Of a DNA stretch of 64,000 nucleotides, positions 26,613 to 40,085 are shown piece by piece. Position numbers and translations under genes: made by a program. The stretch is from positions 93,372,001 to 93,436,000 of the forward strand of contig NC_042998.1 in NCBI RefSeq assembly GCF_006345805.1, given 5' to 3'. A model generated the notes under the pieces. The model searched no databases, was not told the DNA's origin, and saw nothing but the letters and a program-made list of their open reading frames with translations. The first letter of the stretch is position 1; every line of letters starts with the position of its first letter. The stretch is from Octopus sinensis (taxonomy: Eukaryota).

Positions 26613-29600
26613 ATATCACTGCATATCTCTCCCGCCTCCACTCCAGGGAGAAGAGGTTTAATACCTTCAGTCTTTCCCAGTAGCTGACATTTTGCATTGA
26701 GACGATTTTCTTTGTGTAGCTTCTCTGAGTTGCTTCGAGTTCTGCTGTTTGTTTTATATTGTGTGGTGACCAAAGTTGGGAGCAGTAGTCCAAGCGGCTG
26801 AGGACAAATGTTTTCCATAGGACCATCAGTGTCTCCTTCTCTCTTGTTCTGAAAGTTCGGAGAATCCATCCAGCTAGCCGTCTGCATTTTATCACCAGAT
26901 TAGCAATATGCATTTGGAAAGATGCATCATTGCTCTCAATGTCTGCCCAGGTCACGCACTGATTTTGACTCAGGGATTGCAATTCTTCCTGGGCCAGTGT
27001 ATCCAGTCTTCACGTCATTACCTTTGTGTGCCAGTAGCGCAGGGCCTGGAACTTACCTGCATTAAACTGCATTTTGTTGTCCTCAGCCCACCTGTATATT
27101 GTTCCAGCTCATGTTGCAGATGCGCAATATTTTCAGGGTTTTGTATTGCGTGGGAGACTTTTGTGTCATCTGCATAGCTAGCAGGGTGGTCATCGTAGCA
27201 ACTGAAGGCTGTCTGAAAGGGCCACTATGAACATCAGTGGCCCAAGACAGTGCCCTGTGGGACACCGCTTGTTATTTGCGTTTCCCTGGAGGTGGCTCCA
27301 TTGCTCACAACTGCCTGTTTTCTGTCTTTTAGGAAGTTGTGCAGCCACTCTCCAAGTTTCCCGCCTATGCCGAGACCACGCAGTTTGTGACAGATCATAC
27401 CATGGTCGACTTTATCAAAGGCTTTTGCAAAGTCAAGATATATTACATCCACATTTGAGCCATTTAGTAGCTGTTTCAACACCCCCAGTCATAGTGTTGC
27501 AGGAGCTGTGTTAGGCAGCCTCTACCTGGTCGAACCATGCTGGGTGTCAGACAGTAAGTCATTTTCTTCAAGGAACATGATTAGTTTCTTACGGACTATT
27601 CGTTCCATGACTTTGCTGATGTGTGAGGTCAGAGAGATAGGCCTATAATTTTTAGCATCTGCTCTGCTACCTCCCTTATGGATAGGGCATATTACCCCCT
27701 CTTTCAGTTTGACTGGGAGCTTACCACTTGCAAGAAAGCTCTGAAAAGAAGCTGTAGCGGTTTTGCAAGGGCTCGTTTGCACGATTTGAGAAGGATCGCT
27801 GGGAATCCATCAGGTCCAGCAGCTGAGTTTGTGTCAATCTCATCAATGGCTAGTGTGATATCATCTTCTTCGATGTTGATGTACTCAATTTTTGTCTCTT
27901 TGGTCGCTGGTAAAGTGGCAAAGAATTCTTCTGGGTTGTTTACTTGCCTGTGTCCTAGAGGTGTAGTGAACACACTTTGGAACTGTTCATTCAGTATTTC
28001 ACTTATCCTCGTGGGATTTCCTGTGAGAGAGCATATCTTTTTGGAAGAGAGGTCCTATTCTCTGGTGCACTGTGGCTGTCTCTTTGGCAAACTTAAAGAA
28101 AGCTTTAGGGTTTGATTTTATTTTCTATTACCCAAGCTTCTTTATCTGCTCTCTCCTTTTCATGGGAGATGTAGACTTTTCTCAGTTTCCATTAGCATTC
28201 TTTCGAGCCGAGACTTCTCACCACTTTGGTGTGCTTGCTCAGGCGGTTTGCAATCCTTGTCCGCGTCTCATAAGAATCCTCCTTTCTCTAGGGATCCTGT
28301 TTTTGTTCTTGGTGTGCTGGCCCTGCACATTGGGACATATTTGTCACATATGGCTTGTATTATGGACATGAAAGTGTTTGTGTTTCATGTTTTATGTCCG
28401 GTGTGGAGAGACATTCAGGCCAATCCTGTTTGAGGATCTCTTTCTCAATCGACTTCCAGTTGGCTTTATGAAAGTTTAAGTTGGAGAGATGGTGGGTGCT
28501 TCGTATAGGCTGTGTGTCTGCGGGGGCTTTTGTTCCATACATAGACAGCTCTATTATGTTGTGATCCGAGATCATTGTCGGCATCACATTAACATTATGG
28601 ATAATATCCATATTGTTTGTAAAGCAGAGATCCAGTATATATCTGCCCTTGTTGGTTGCAGAACTATTTTGCTCCATGAAAGAGGTATTTGTGAGATGGA
28701 GCAGGGACTCCACCTGTGCCTGCTGATGGTGTGTCATCCCTGGGAGCATCTGCCCCCCAGGCCATTCCACATTGGGGAGGTTAAAGTCACCCATGAAGAA
28801 TACACTGTTGTGCTGTTCAAGGTTGGTGAGGACTCCTCCTATTTTTGTTAGGCAGTCTTCAAACATGCCTGAGTGTTTTGGGGCGTCTGGTGGGCGATAT
28901 GTATGCATATGACGATATTCAGTTGTCTTATGTGTACAATTTGAGTTTCACATACTGAGTTTGAATATGACAGCAGGACTGGGGCGTGAGGTCATCTCGG
29001 ATGTACATTGCAACTCCACCATGGCTCCTCCCTTTTCTATCTGTGCGTATGACTGCATATTGCGGCATGTGTATTTCTGCATCACCTATATCGGGTTCAA
29101 GATGCGTTTTCTGTGAGTGCCATGCATATAGCTTGATTGCATGTCACAAGGTCTCTCAGGATGAAATTTTCTTTTTACAGTTTCCGCGCAGCAGCCTCCT
29201 ACATTCAGTAGAAATATTTTTGTGGTGTGTGTGTTGGTGTTGGTGTCTGTGGTGGCCATCCTGCATCTGTTTGGAGGTGGCCTTATGTGGTGGTAGTTCC
29301 AGCTTTGTGCTTGTAGCCAGGTCAGCTGCTGAACAATTTTTTGTGCCATGCACAAAAAAGACTGCGTTTCAGCTGCCGCCCTTCTCACATCTGGGTGAAG
29401 CTGGCCACCTGTTGGGTTTTCCGCGCACCACATCTGCATACCGTCTTTCAGTAGTGGTCAGTGCGCTTTTTTCCCTCTTTTAACTTTTTGTTTTTGTTCT
29501 CCCTGAGGGAGGGACCTCTGTCTCGCGTCCGTGCGGTTTTTGGTAGGGCCTCCGATGTGCAAAGCGACAGTTTGCACCTTCAACGCCGTAACAGCAGTCC

Positions 29601-29758
29601 CCCCTCAGGTAGAATTTGCAGGTGTTTCTTTCCCTGCCCTACAGTTTTGCTGGGGTCCCTCTGCTTTCTCTGGACAGGGCTTCCGTTAGCCTTGATTCTG
29701 TCACCCTTTACCTCCTGCTTCCCATCAATTCCAGGGTGCCTTTCCTTTCTTGCGGCCA
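26613..29758 (-). mobile_element. LINE lineage B, copy B2 (partial ORF1 to near the end of ORF2; 3' end missing)
   Basis: Near-identical to 58100-61212; CCCH finger, APE and RT motifs present with frameshifts. Confidence 0.93.
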
Positions 29759-30098
29759 TATATACATATATACATATATATATACATATACATATATATA
29801 TATATACATATACATATATATACATACATATATATATATACATATACATACATATACATATATATATATACATACATATATATATATATATACATACATA
29901 TATATATATATATACATACATATATATATATATATACATACATATATATATATATATATATACATACATATACATATATATATACTAACATATATATACA
30001 TACACACCATATATACATACATATACATATATATACATACATATACATACTCTATATAATATACATATATATACATATATATACATATACATATATAC

Positions 30099-30131
<33 letters not shown>

Positions 30132-30994
30132 CATATAATATATACATATACGTATATCATATACATATACATATATATATATATACATATATATATTATA
30201 CATATATATTATATACATATATATATAGATATATATATATATATACATATATAACATACATATATAATACATATATACATACATATATACATACATATAT
30301 ACATACATATATGCATACATATATGCATACATATTACATACATATATACATACATATATACATATATATATACATATATATATACATATATTACATATAT
30401 ATACATATATTATATACATATATATATACATACATATATATATATATACATATATATACATAATATATAATACATATATATATACATACATATATAAATA
30501 CCTATATATATATACATATATATATACATATATAATACATACATATATATATATATACATAAATATATTATACAATATATATATACATATATTATACATA
30601 CCTTATATATAATACTATATATATATATACATATATATATACAACATATATATATATAATACATATATATATATATAACATATATATATATACAATATTA
30701 TACATAATATATAACTATATACAGAATATATAGACATTATATACATATATATATATACATATATATATACATATATATATACCATATATATATACATATA
30801 TATATATACATATATATTACATATATATATACATCCATAATATTACATATATTAATACATATATATATACATATATATACATACAATATATATATACATA
30901 TATATACAGATATGTAATACATATTTTATATACATATATATATATACATTATAATATATCTATATACATATAATATATACATATATATATATAC

Positions 30995-31064
<70 letters not shown>

Positions 31065-31707
31065 ATATACATATATATACATAGATATATACATATATAC
31101 ATATATATAGATATTACATATATATATACTATAACATTATATATACATATATACCTATATATACATACATATTATACATATATACATACATATATATACA
31201 TATATACATACATATATATACATATATATATATATACATAATATATACATATTATACAGAGATACAGATATATACATATATACATATATATATACATATG
31301 GATACATATATACATATATATATACATATATAATACATATATATATATACTAATATATATATCATTATATATACATATATATATACATTATATACATATA
31401 TATATATATATACATATATATAAAATATACATATATATCTATAATATATAATATATACATATTATATATATATCATATATATACATATATATATATAGAT
31501 ACATATATATCTATATATATACATATATATACACATATATCATATATATATATATATTACATATATATATATTTATATATTTAAATATATATATATACAT
31601 ATATATAAATATATATATACATATATAAATATACATATATATATACATATATATATATATACATATATATAAATACATCATATATATATACATATATATA
31701 TACATAC

Positions 31708-31738
<31 letters not shown>

Positions 31739-31942
31739 CATATATATATACATATATATATATATTACATATATAATATATATATATATTATAACATATA
31801 TATATACATATATTATATATATATATATTTTATATATATATTATATATATACATATATATATACATATATATAATACATATATATATACATATATATATA
31901 TATACATTATATATACATTATATATACACATATATATATAAC

Positions 31943-31973
<31 letters not shown>

Positions 31974-32268
31974 CTATATATACATATACATATATATATA
32001 TATAATAACATATATAGATACATATACATATATATAATATATAATATATATATACATATATATAAATATACATATCATATATATATACATATCAATACAT
32101 ATATATATACTATACATATATATATATAATACATAATACATATATATATATACATATACATATATATATATACATATATTATATATACATATATATATAT
32201 ACATATATATACATATATATATACATATATATATACATATATATATACATATATATATACATATATAT

Positions 32269-32322
<54 letters not shown>

Positions 32323-32331
32323 CATATATAT

Positions 32332-32384
<53 letters not shown>

Positions 32385-32527
32385 ATATATATATATACAT
32401 ATTATATAATATATACTATATATTATATATACAATATACATATATATATACTATACATATATATATATATATATACATATATATACATATATATTTATAT
32501 ATACCATATATATATATATATACACAC

Positions 32528-32581
<54 letters not shown>
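29759..32581. repeat. Giant degenerate (TA)n/(TACA)n array, ~2.8 kb
   Basis: Direct reading. Confidence 0.97.
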
Positions 32582-32582
<1 letters not shown>

Positions 32583-32928
32583 CTGTGTGGTGCCAAAGGT
32601 CCCGTCTTCCACATCCAGGGTAAGGAGCAGATACTGTAATAGCCTGGGGTTCAGGGGCCCTCAGCTTTTCAACAAACTGCCAAGAAAACTGAGAGATCTA
32701 CATGATGCGGATGTGGACATTTTCAAAAAACATCTAGACAAGCTGCCTTTCCGGGATCCCAGATGAACCCACTGCAAAGGTACGAGGGTAACCTAAGGCA
32801 GCACTACAAACTCTCTCTTAGATCAGTGGCCCGCCACGGCAAACTGGACTTAGAGAGGTAGCAACAAGGGCGGTGCCCCAGCATGGCCTCAGCCGGATGG
32901 CTGAAATAAGTAAAAGAGTAAAAGAGTA
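32582..32928 (+). mobile_element. LINE lineage C, copy C1 (~350-bp 3' end) with (GTAAAAGA)n tail
   Basis: Encodes the FRGPQLFNKLP-type ORF2 end; GGCGGTGCCCCAGCATGGCC motif; (TA)n on both sides (array continues to ~33141). Confidence 0.88.
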
Positions 32929-33079
32929 TAATATATACATATATATATATACATATAATATATATACATATATATATATACATATATATATATATTACAT
33001 ATATATATATACATATATAATACATATTATATACATATATATATATACATATATATATATACATATATTATATATATAC

Positions 33080-33142
<63 letters not shown>

Positions 33143-33514
33143 GTTCGATTTGTTTTTTGCTCCGCCTCTGTTCTGTTTTTGTTTTTCCAACGGATTTCCT
33201 TTTTTCTTTCTTCCTGAAGAGAAAGACACAATATGGTCCCATTATTCAATCGGATTTTGGTATTTGTGCCTTTCGAAACACTGTGTAGAATGAAATAAAA
33301 GATTTCTGTTCAATCTGCGTTCAGCTCCATTTCTTCAATTCACCAATAATGTTTTAATTTCAATTATCCGCACCAACGCGCACGGTTGCAACGCCAGATG
33401 GTTGTACCTCCAACCGTGCTGTTTACTGCTGTGATTATGCTACTAGGTATCGGTTAAACTTTTGATTAATCTACTACAAAATTTTTGATTTAGAATCCCC
33501 TCTTTAGCCCTTAA

Positions 33515-33614
33515 NNNNNNNNNNNNNNNNNNNNNNNNNNNNNNNNNNNNNNNNNNNNNNNNNNNNNNNNNNNNNNNNNNNNNNNNNNNNNNNNNNNNNN
33601 NNNNNNNNNNNNNN
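33515..33614. other. Assembly gap (100 N)
   Basis: Run of exactly 100 N, typical of a scaffolding spacer of unknown true length. Confidence 0.99.
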
Positions 33615-33960
33615 GACAAGCAAAGCCAACCTCGGTGGAATTTGAACCCAGGACGTAAAGAGCCAGAAGAAAGACAGCCTAAATAGTTTGCCCAACGCAT
33701 TAACGATTCTGCCGGCTCGCTGCCTATAAAATAATCAACAGAAAATATATTGGTTTCAAATTTTGGTACAAGGCCAGCAATTTCGGGGAAGGGGTTAAGT
33801 CGATTACATCAACCCCAGTTTTCAACTGGTATTTATTTCATCGCTGGAGAAAGGATGAAAGGTAAAGTTGACACGGTGGCATTTGAACTTAGAACGTAAA
33901 GTCGAAAGAAATTCTGCTATTTTGTCTGGCGCGGTAATGATTCTGCCAGCTCCACCGCCT
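33615..33960 (-). mobile_element. Two degenerate copies of the second SINE family
   Basis: GGAATTTGAACCCAGGACGTAAAG...CTGCCGGCTCGC and GAAAGGATGAAAGGTAAAGTTGAC...CTGCCAGCTC. Confidence 0.7.
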
Positions 33961-35476
33961 TATAAAAAGAAAAACCTTGAACCGGAGTAAGTCAACTACA
34001 CTCTGCCTTCATCAATATGCAACCAAGTGTCAATCACAAATATTTTGTTTATTCAGTTTGTGGCGAACCCAGTACTATAAGAGATTAGTTCCCGGTGAGC
34101 TAACTCTTCAGTTACTAATTACCCATCAAAGTGATAGTCACGTGTTCGTGTAAGAAAATAACTACAGCTAGTTAATTAAAAGAATAAACTGGTAATAGCA
34201 AAATTGCTAGTTATTGGCATAAATTCCATTGATAAATTAATGTATTCTGATATTTCCTTCGTTATGTTTCAGATTTATAAGTAAACAGAAAATAATATCG
34301 TGAAACATTCACGCTTTGTCAAGAATATTAACAATCTAAATGAAGTGAGGGTGTCACAATTAGTAATTCAGTCTCCTCTACATTTCTTGTTCCCCTTCTT
34401 ATAGGAATAAATTCTTTGGAAAGATGCTTATGATCGCATGTCGTTTCTTTCTTAATTAGAAACTCTCGTGACATAAGTAAAAATGATTTAACTTCAGCAA
34501 AAACTCGAAATTGAATCACAGATTCGTCATCTGGAAAGTTATCTATAGTTTTATGTGTCTCGACTTCGTATTTTTTGTCGTGACAAAGTAATCATATATC
34601 TACCATGTCATTTCCTTTTGCAGGTAGTGCCTATGGCAGTTAAATGACCTATGTTTCGCTCACGCCCATGACAGACAACCTGATGAAAATGATACGCCAA
34701 ATATTTTTTGACTTCATTCATTTGTGATTTCTGCATATTTTTTACTGTAATATTTTACAAAAATATGATGTTGGTAGTTTTAATATTTTTCGTTGTTTCT
34801 ATGTTAACGTTGGGAAATATTTCTTTGTTGTTTGAAATATCATAATAGTATGAATATTAATGAAATTTATATATGTACCAGTTGGATTTTATGAACAATT
34901 TGTGTGAGAAATTCATGAGTAAGTATGCGCGTGTAATTGTTTAGCATTCAGATGCGTGTGAAATAATGGAATTTTTTTTCTATCTCCATTGAAGGATTAA
35001 TAAAACTTATGCATTTAACTGTTAACAACATCATATGCGAAAAAAATCGTTGATTCAACGGAAAGTATTTCGCAACCAACTATTTATTGAGACCAAGGAC
35101 GTCGCCTTTCATTTCTTTGAATATAAATAAAACAATAAGATATTCCCATAGTAATGTGTTTCAGCGAAAGTTTACGTTAATGTCGGATGGTTTGTTGCCA
35201 GAGCCAGTTAAAGGTACCAGGGTCTTAGGCATTTGCTTGGAGCGCCATGCATTCATCTGTAACTGTGGCAATGGAGAAGAGAAACTTTAGTAAACTGAAG
35301 CTTATGGAAACATTTACTTTCATCCATGTAACAGACAAAAAAAAAATAAAAAAGTGAAATTATTCGAACATTTTGCAACCTAAAAATGATATAGACATTG
35401 CTATAGAAACATTTAGAGTCGAGAAAAACTGTTTTAGTTAAATCTGTTTCTTTTACATATGATCCTTTGGGCGAAA

Positions 35477-35584
35477 GTAAAGAATACGCACACCCTGTGT
35501 TTAGGGTTGGGAGTAGAGTTTAGGGTTAGGATTAGGGTTAGGGTTCTTGTTACGCCGAAAACGGATGGTGTACGTATTCTTTAC
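35477..35584. mobile_element. 108-bp mini inverted-repeat element with an internal TTAGGG tract
   Basis: TIRs GTAAAGAATACGCACACC / GGTGTACGTATTCTTTAC (17/18 match); internal TTTAGGGTTGGGAGTAGAGTTTAGGGTTAGGATTAGGGTTAGGG. Confidence 0.7.
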
Positions 35585-36407
35585 CTCCACCATTCTTTTG
35601 TTCACATTTCTTAATTTTTCATGAAAATATTTGTTATATCAAAAGGAAATTAATACAAACCTTCGAACTGTCATCAAAACATCAACCCATAAAGTTTTTG
35701 TAATACAAATGTGTTCAGAATATTGACAAAGTGTGTAAGTAGTTGTTGTTGTTCTCGCTAAACTCTCTCTCTTCTATCTCCTCTCTCTCTCTTCCTCCTC
35801 TCTCTCTCTCTCTCTCTCTCTCTCCCTTCTCTCTCTCCTCTCTCCTCTCTCTCTCTCTCTCTCCCTCCCTCCCTCTCTCCTAGTTATATTAACAAAAAAA
35901 GTTTAAAACTTCGATGCTGTGTTTGAAATGCTCTCTTTAGCGTCTATATTGTTATAAACACTTTATTTCTACATTTGTTGTATTATTCCTCCTTGTAAAA
36001 AAAAATTATGTTTAGAAGGGCGTCGAAATTAAGCTTTCACACAATTCCAGTAACTGTGGGGGCGACTCCAATTGCTAGACACCACCCAGTATTCACAGTT
36101 TGAACAACAGAATCAACGATCAAATTAGACAGTGAAGTGAACCGAGATAATTGAGGAATCTACGCCAAAGGACAGAACTGGAATGGTTTCCCATTATCCT
36201 TTTCCAGGTCAATTGGCTAATGAAACATTTATTAATTACACAGTAATCCTACTATTTATAGGTTTGACCTAAAAATATTTTTACTGTTGTTGTCTAATCC
36301 AAGTCAGTCCAGTCTGGAAGACTTATGATAAAAACAAACTATGGTTCCATCTGCGACCATCTTGGTATTTTCTTTTTAGAGTAGAAATTATGTGCAGAAA
36401 TAGATAT

Positions 36408-36561
36408 AGACGGAGGCTTGGCTGTGTGGTAAGAAGCTTCGTTTCCAACCATATGCTTCTAGGTTCAGTCCCACTGCGTGGCACCTACTATAGCTTCAGG
36501 ACCACTAAAGTCTTGTGAGTGAATTTGGTAGACGGAAAGTAGAAAATGCCCGTCGTATATA

Positions 36562-36607
<46 letters not shown>

Positions 36608-36830
36608 ACAGAGAGAGAGAGAGGAACCACCACTTGGCAGCCGGTGCTTACGCCCCCATAACTTAGTAGTTCGACAAAAAGAGAACTCATAGAATAAGTT
36701 CGAGGCTTAGCAAAAAAAAATCATTAAGTAATGGGGTCGACTCATTCGACTAAAAACTTCTTCAAGACAGTACCCCAGTATGGCCGCAGTCTAATGACTG
36801 AAACAAGTAAAAGATATGAAAAGAAGTACA
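36408..36830 (+). mobile_element. tRNA-derived CORE-like SINE with central (TG)n(AG)n and LINE-like tail
   Basis: Head GGCTGTGTGGTAAG...GGTTCAGTCCCACTGCGTGGCACC; tail CCCCAGTATGGCCGCAGTCTAATGACTGAAACAAGTAAAAG. Confidence 0.85.
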
Positions 36831-36834
36831 AGAT

Positions 36835-37240
36835 ATAGGCGTAGGAGTGGCTGTGTGGTAAGTAGCTTGCTTTCCAACCACATAGTTCCGGGTTCAGTCC
36901 CACTGCGTGGCACCTTGGGCAAGTGTCTTCTACTATAGCCTCGGGCCGACCAAATCCTTGTGAGTGGATTTGGTAGACGGAAACTGAAAGAAGCCCGTCG
37001 TATATATGCATACATATATATGTTTGTGTGTATGTATGTTTATGTGTCTGTGTTTATCCCCCAACATCGCTTGACAACTGATGCTGGTGTGTTTACGTCC
37101 CCGTAACTTAGCGCTTCGGCAAAAGAGACCGATTGAATAAGTACTAGGCTTACAAAGAATAAGTCCTGGGGTCGATTTGCTCGGCTAAAGGTGGTGCTCC
37201 AGCATGAAACAAGTAAAAGAGTAAAAGAGTAAAGAGTGAC
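36835..37240 (+). mobile_element. Full-length tRNA-derived CORE-like SINE with (GTAAAAGA)n tail
   Basis: TAGGCGTAGGAGTGGCTGTGTGG head, ACCTTGGGCAAGTG CORE-like segment, tail GAAACAAGTAAAAGAGTAAAAGAG. Confidence 0.9.
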
Positions 37241-38115
37241 TGCTACTGTTACGTAGACTTTCGTAATCCAGTCTAATCTCTGTATAGTTGTTAATTAATT
37301 ACTACCGACTAGTATTACCAGTGATAACTTACAGAACAAATGTTGGAAATATAAAGATAAACACAAGTTTATATTACTGTTGTCCTTGTTTGTTCCCTCT
37401 ATGTTTAGCCCCTTGTGGGCAATAAAGAAATAATAAGTTTATATTAATGCTCCAGCGAGCGTTTCATCATTATAACTGGGGCCCTGCAATAGGAATTCCA
37501 AGAGCATTTTGATGCTCAGCTAGAACGGATCCTCGGAGAACACTTGATACAATAAAGTGTTCTTTGGGGACCCATTATGGTTGAGCATCTATATGCATTT
37601 GGAACATCTATCGCAGGGCTCCAAGCAATCATAATGGTGAAATGTGCGTAGGCACTTTATGATAAACCTGGGTTTATTCTTACGTTTAACTATTTTCTTT
37701 TCAAAATAATATAAGACAATGTTATCAAAGGTGTCTGTGTTCTTTTAGCAAGGTCATAGGGTACGATTTAAGAGAGATTTTGATGCTATCATTTGTTCAC
37801 CGAGCAAGCACGTAAATACTCGCCTGTAGGTTCTGTGATCCATTATAGCTAAAGCGAGTGTGGTGAAAAATCGTTAGTTGAAAAACTACAAACGTAACGT
37901 GAGATAATAACTGACGTTACAATTTCTTCCTACACTGTATCAACTTGTATACATACCTCTGTTTTGTTACTCTGAATCCACATGCACTGTTAATATCTCG
38001 GTGCAGTTATTAATGGTCAGCTTGGCCTTCCATCATTTCAGGGTCGATAAAATAAATACCAGCTAAGCACATGGATCGATGTAATTGACTAACCCCTCGC
38101 CTCGTGAGTAGAAAA

Positions 38116-38147
38116 GATTATTATTATTATTATTACTACTACTACTC

Positions 38148-38183
<36 letters not shown>

Positions 38184-38310
38184 TTATATTATTATTATTA
38201 TCATTATTATTATTATCAGTAGTAGTAGTATTATTGTAGTTGTTGTTGCTCTTCTTCCTATTATTATTATTCTTATTCTTCTTCTTCTTCTTATTATTAT
38301 TATTGTCGCC
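38116..38310. repeat. Compound (TAT)n/(TAC)n/(TCT)n microsatellite
   Basis: Direct reading. Confidence 0.95.
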
Positions 38311-38519
38311 ATAGCTGGAGGTGTGCTTTTGGAGCGCTGTAAGTTTATGACTAATTCACTTGTTTTAAAAGGCTCTATACTGTATTTTGTTGTTTAAATC
38401 GTTTTGCAAGCCAGCTGCCCTTCTGGGGGTGGGGACGCTGACGTTTGTTAATCAATGCCACATTTTGGGGGTGATATAAACCATTTTGTTTTCAAATCTA
38501 TTCGAAAATTTGCTTAGAA

Positions 38520-40085
38520 GAAATTAAACATGGCGACGAAAAGCCGGAGTGAGGAAGGAAGGAAGGTGGTACGGCAGTTTGCACGAGGACTTCCCCTTCC
38601 TCCCCACCATGATTGGCAGTAGATAGCAGGAAGAAAAGAAAGAAAGAAAGAAAGAAAGAAAGAAGAGTCAGGAAGTGAAGAGTCAGGAAGTGAAGAGTCA
38701 GGAAGGGAAGAGTCAAGAAAAGAAGAAAGAAGATAAAAAGCAGAAAGAAGGGGAAAGGAAGGAAGCAGTAAAGTCTTCCTCATTACATGGAAATTGTAGT
38801 AGCACGAAGAGCAACATTGACAACAATTACGAAGAGTCTAATAAAAAGCAGCGGCAAAGAGACATTTGTAAATATCGTGGCAGCTAAAGAATTGCTTAAC
38901 ATCTCATTGGAGAACAAAATAGAAAAACTAAACAAGGCAGCAAAATATATGAAAATGAATGGAAGGAGGGCAGAACTGATGCCTCCAAGCGACATGCTTG
39001 AAAGAATAGCCAAACGGACAGTTATCTACATGTGTGTGAACACAAAGACAAGGAAGCAGGAAAACGCTAAACGCAACCAGGTGGGAGAAGCCTTGAAAGG
39101 CATATGGCAAGATATCCACCACATTGCGAGAGAGAGAGGCAATGCGGCGGAGTAGAGGTCATTTTTAAGACCGAGGGGCAGGCGATACAGAGCTCGGTGA
39201 CCACGCGTCGCAGCGAGGAAATCACCCTCTTCTCAACATACATGGGAAGAAGGGCGATACGAATTACGGTACCTGGAGTCCCACCAGACCTGGATTTATG
39301 GTGGATTCTCGCCTGTATTCGTACGGACGGAGGAGAGAATCTCCTGGATGTTAAAAGATCAAGGAGGGAGAATTGAGTTGGAACTACCTTCGAGGTTCTT
39401 CTCCACGTAAAGCCAGAACAGTTAGAGAAAGTCTCAGATTTGATTTCCCTCTCGAATGGAGTAGAACCAAGGGTGAACGTGGAGGGCAGAAGGCTGATGT
39501 GTCACGATGGTGGTTCAACGGGCCACTTACGGTTTTTCTGCTCACAGAACCAGAACAGAAGGGCAAGAAGAAATGTCCAAACGAAAGCATCACAACCCAC
39601 GTGTCGACAAAAACAACATCAACAACAGAAAGGCGGGGGAATTGAAACAGAAATTGAACACAAGGAGACAAAAACGCAGGTGTTTGTCTCCTTGTGAAGG
39701 TGACAATGGGAGTAGCACCAATAACAGTGGAAGAAGCTACACTAGCAGGAGCAACAACTACAACTACTACAAGAGAACCAGAACAAACAACACGAGAAGA
39801 AAACATACAAGACACTGACTCCTCCACCCAACGAAGTGATGATGAGGGAGAAGTCCAAAAGGCAAAAAAAAAAAAAAAGAAAAAATCAAGAAAGAGACAC
39901 ATAAAAAGGGAGAAATCCAAGAAATGCCAAACACAGACACACTGATGACAACACCAACATCACAAACACCCTCAAATGAATCAAAAATACTACAAACTTT
40001 AAGAAGAAAAATGTTACTACAACAACAAATTGTCAGGCGATGGTTGGGGGGAGGACAAACACACACAGATATATATATATATATA
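38520..40085 (+). mobile_element. L1/Tx1-type ORF1 (gag-like) remnant with no ORF2, ending in (TA)n
   Basis: Frameshifted ORFs 38787-39155, 39104-39376 and 39440-39697 contain VEVIFKT, RITVPGVPP and VNVEGRRLM-CHDGGSTGHLRFFC (degenerate CCHC knuckle at 39500-39541), then a Lys-rich tail. Confidence 0.6.

Noticed and set aside
28505-28545. The 36-nt segment missing in B3 as a spliced-out intron
   Set aside because: A GT...AG pair exists on the sense strand but spans 31 nt and would not give the observed junction; the 4-nt microhomology explains it.
33443-33700. ORFs spanning the N run
   Set aside because: Artefacts of translating through the gap.
35495-35545. Interstitial telomere marking a chromosome fusion
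   Set aside because: Only a few units, single orientation, enclosed by TIRs.
36835-36910. tRNA gene calls at SINE heads (also 9354, 41571, 41460-41533, 50312)
   Set aside because: A/B-box-like motifs are present, but no complete cloverleaf is evident and each continues into a SINE body.
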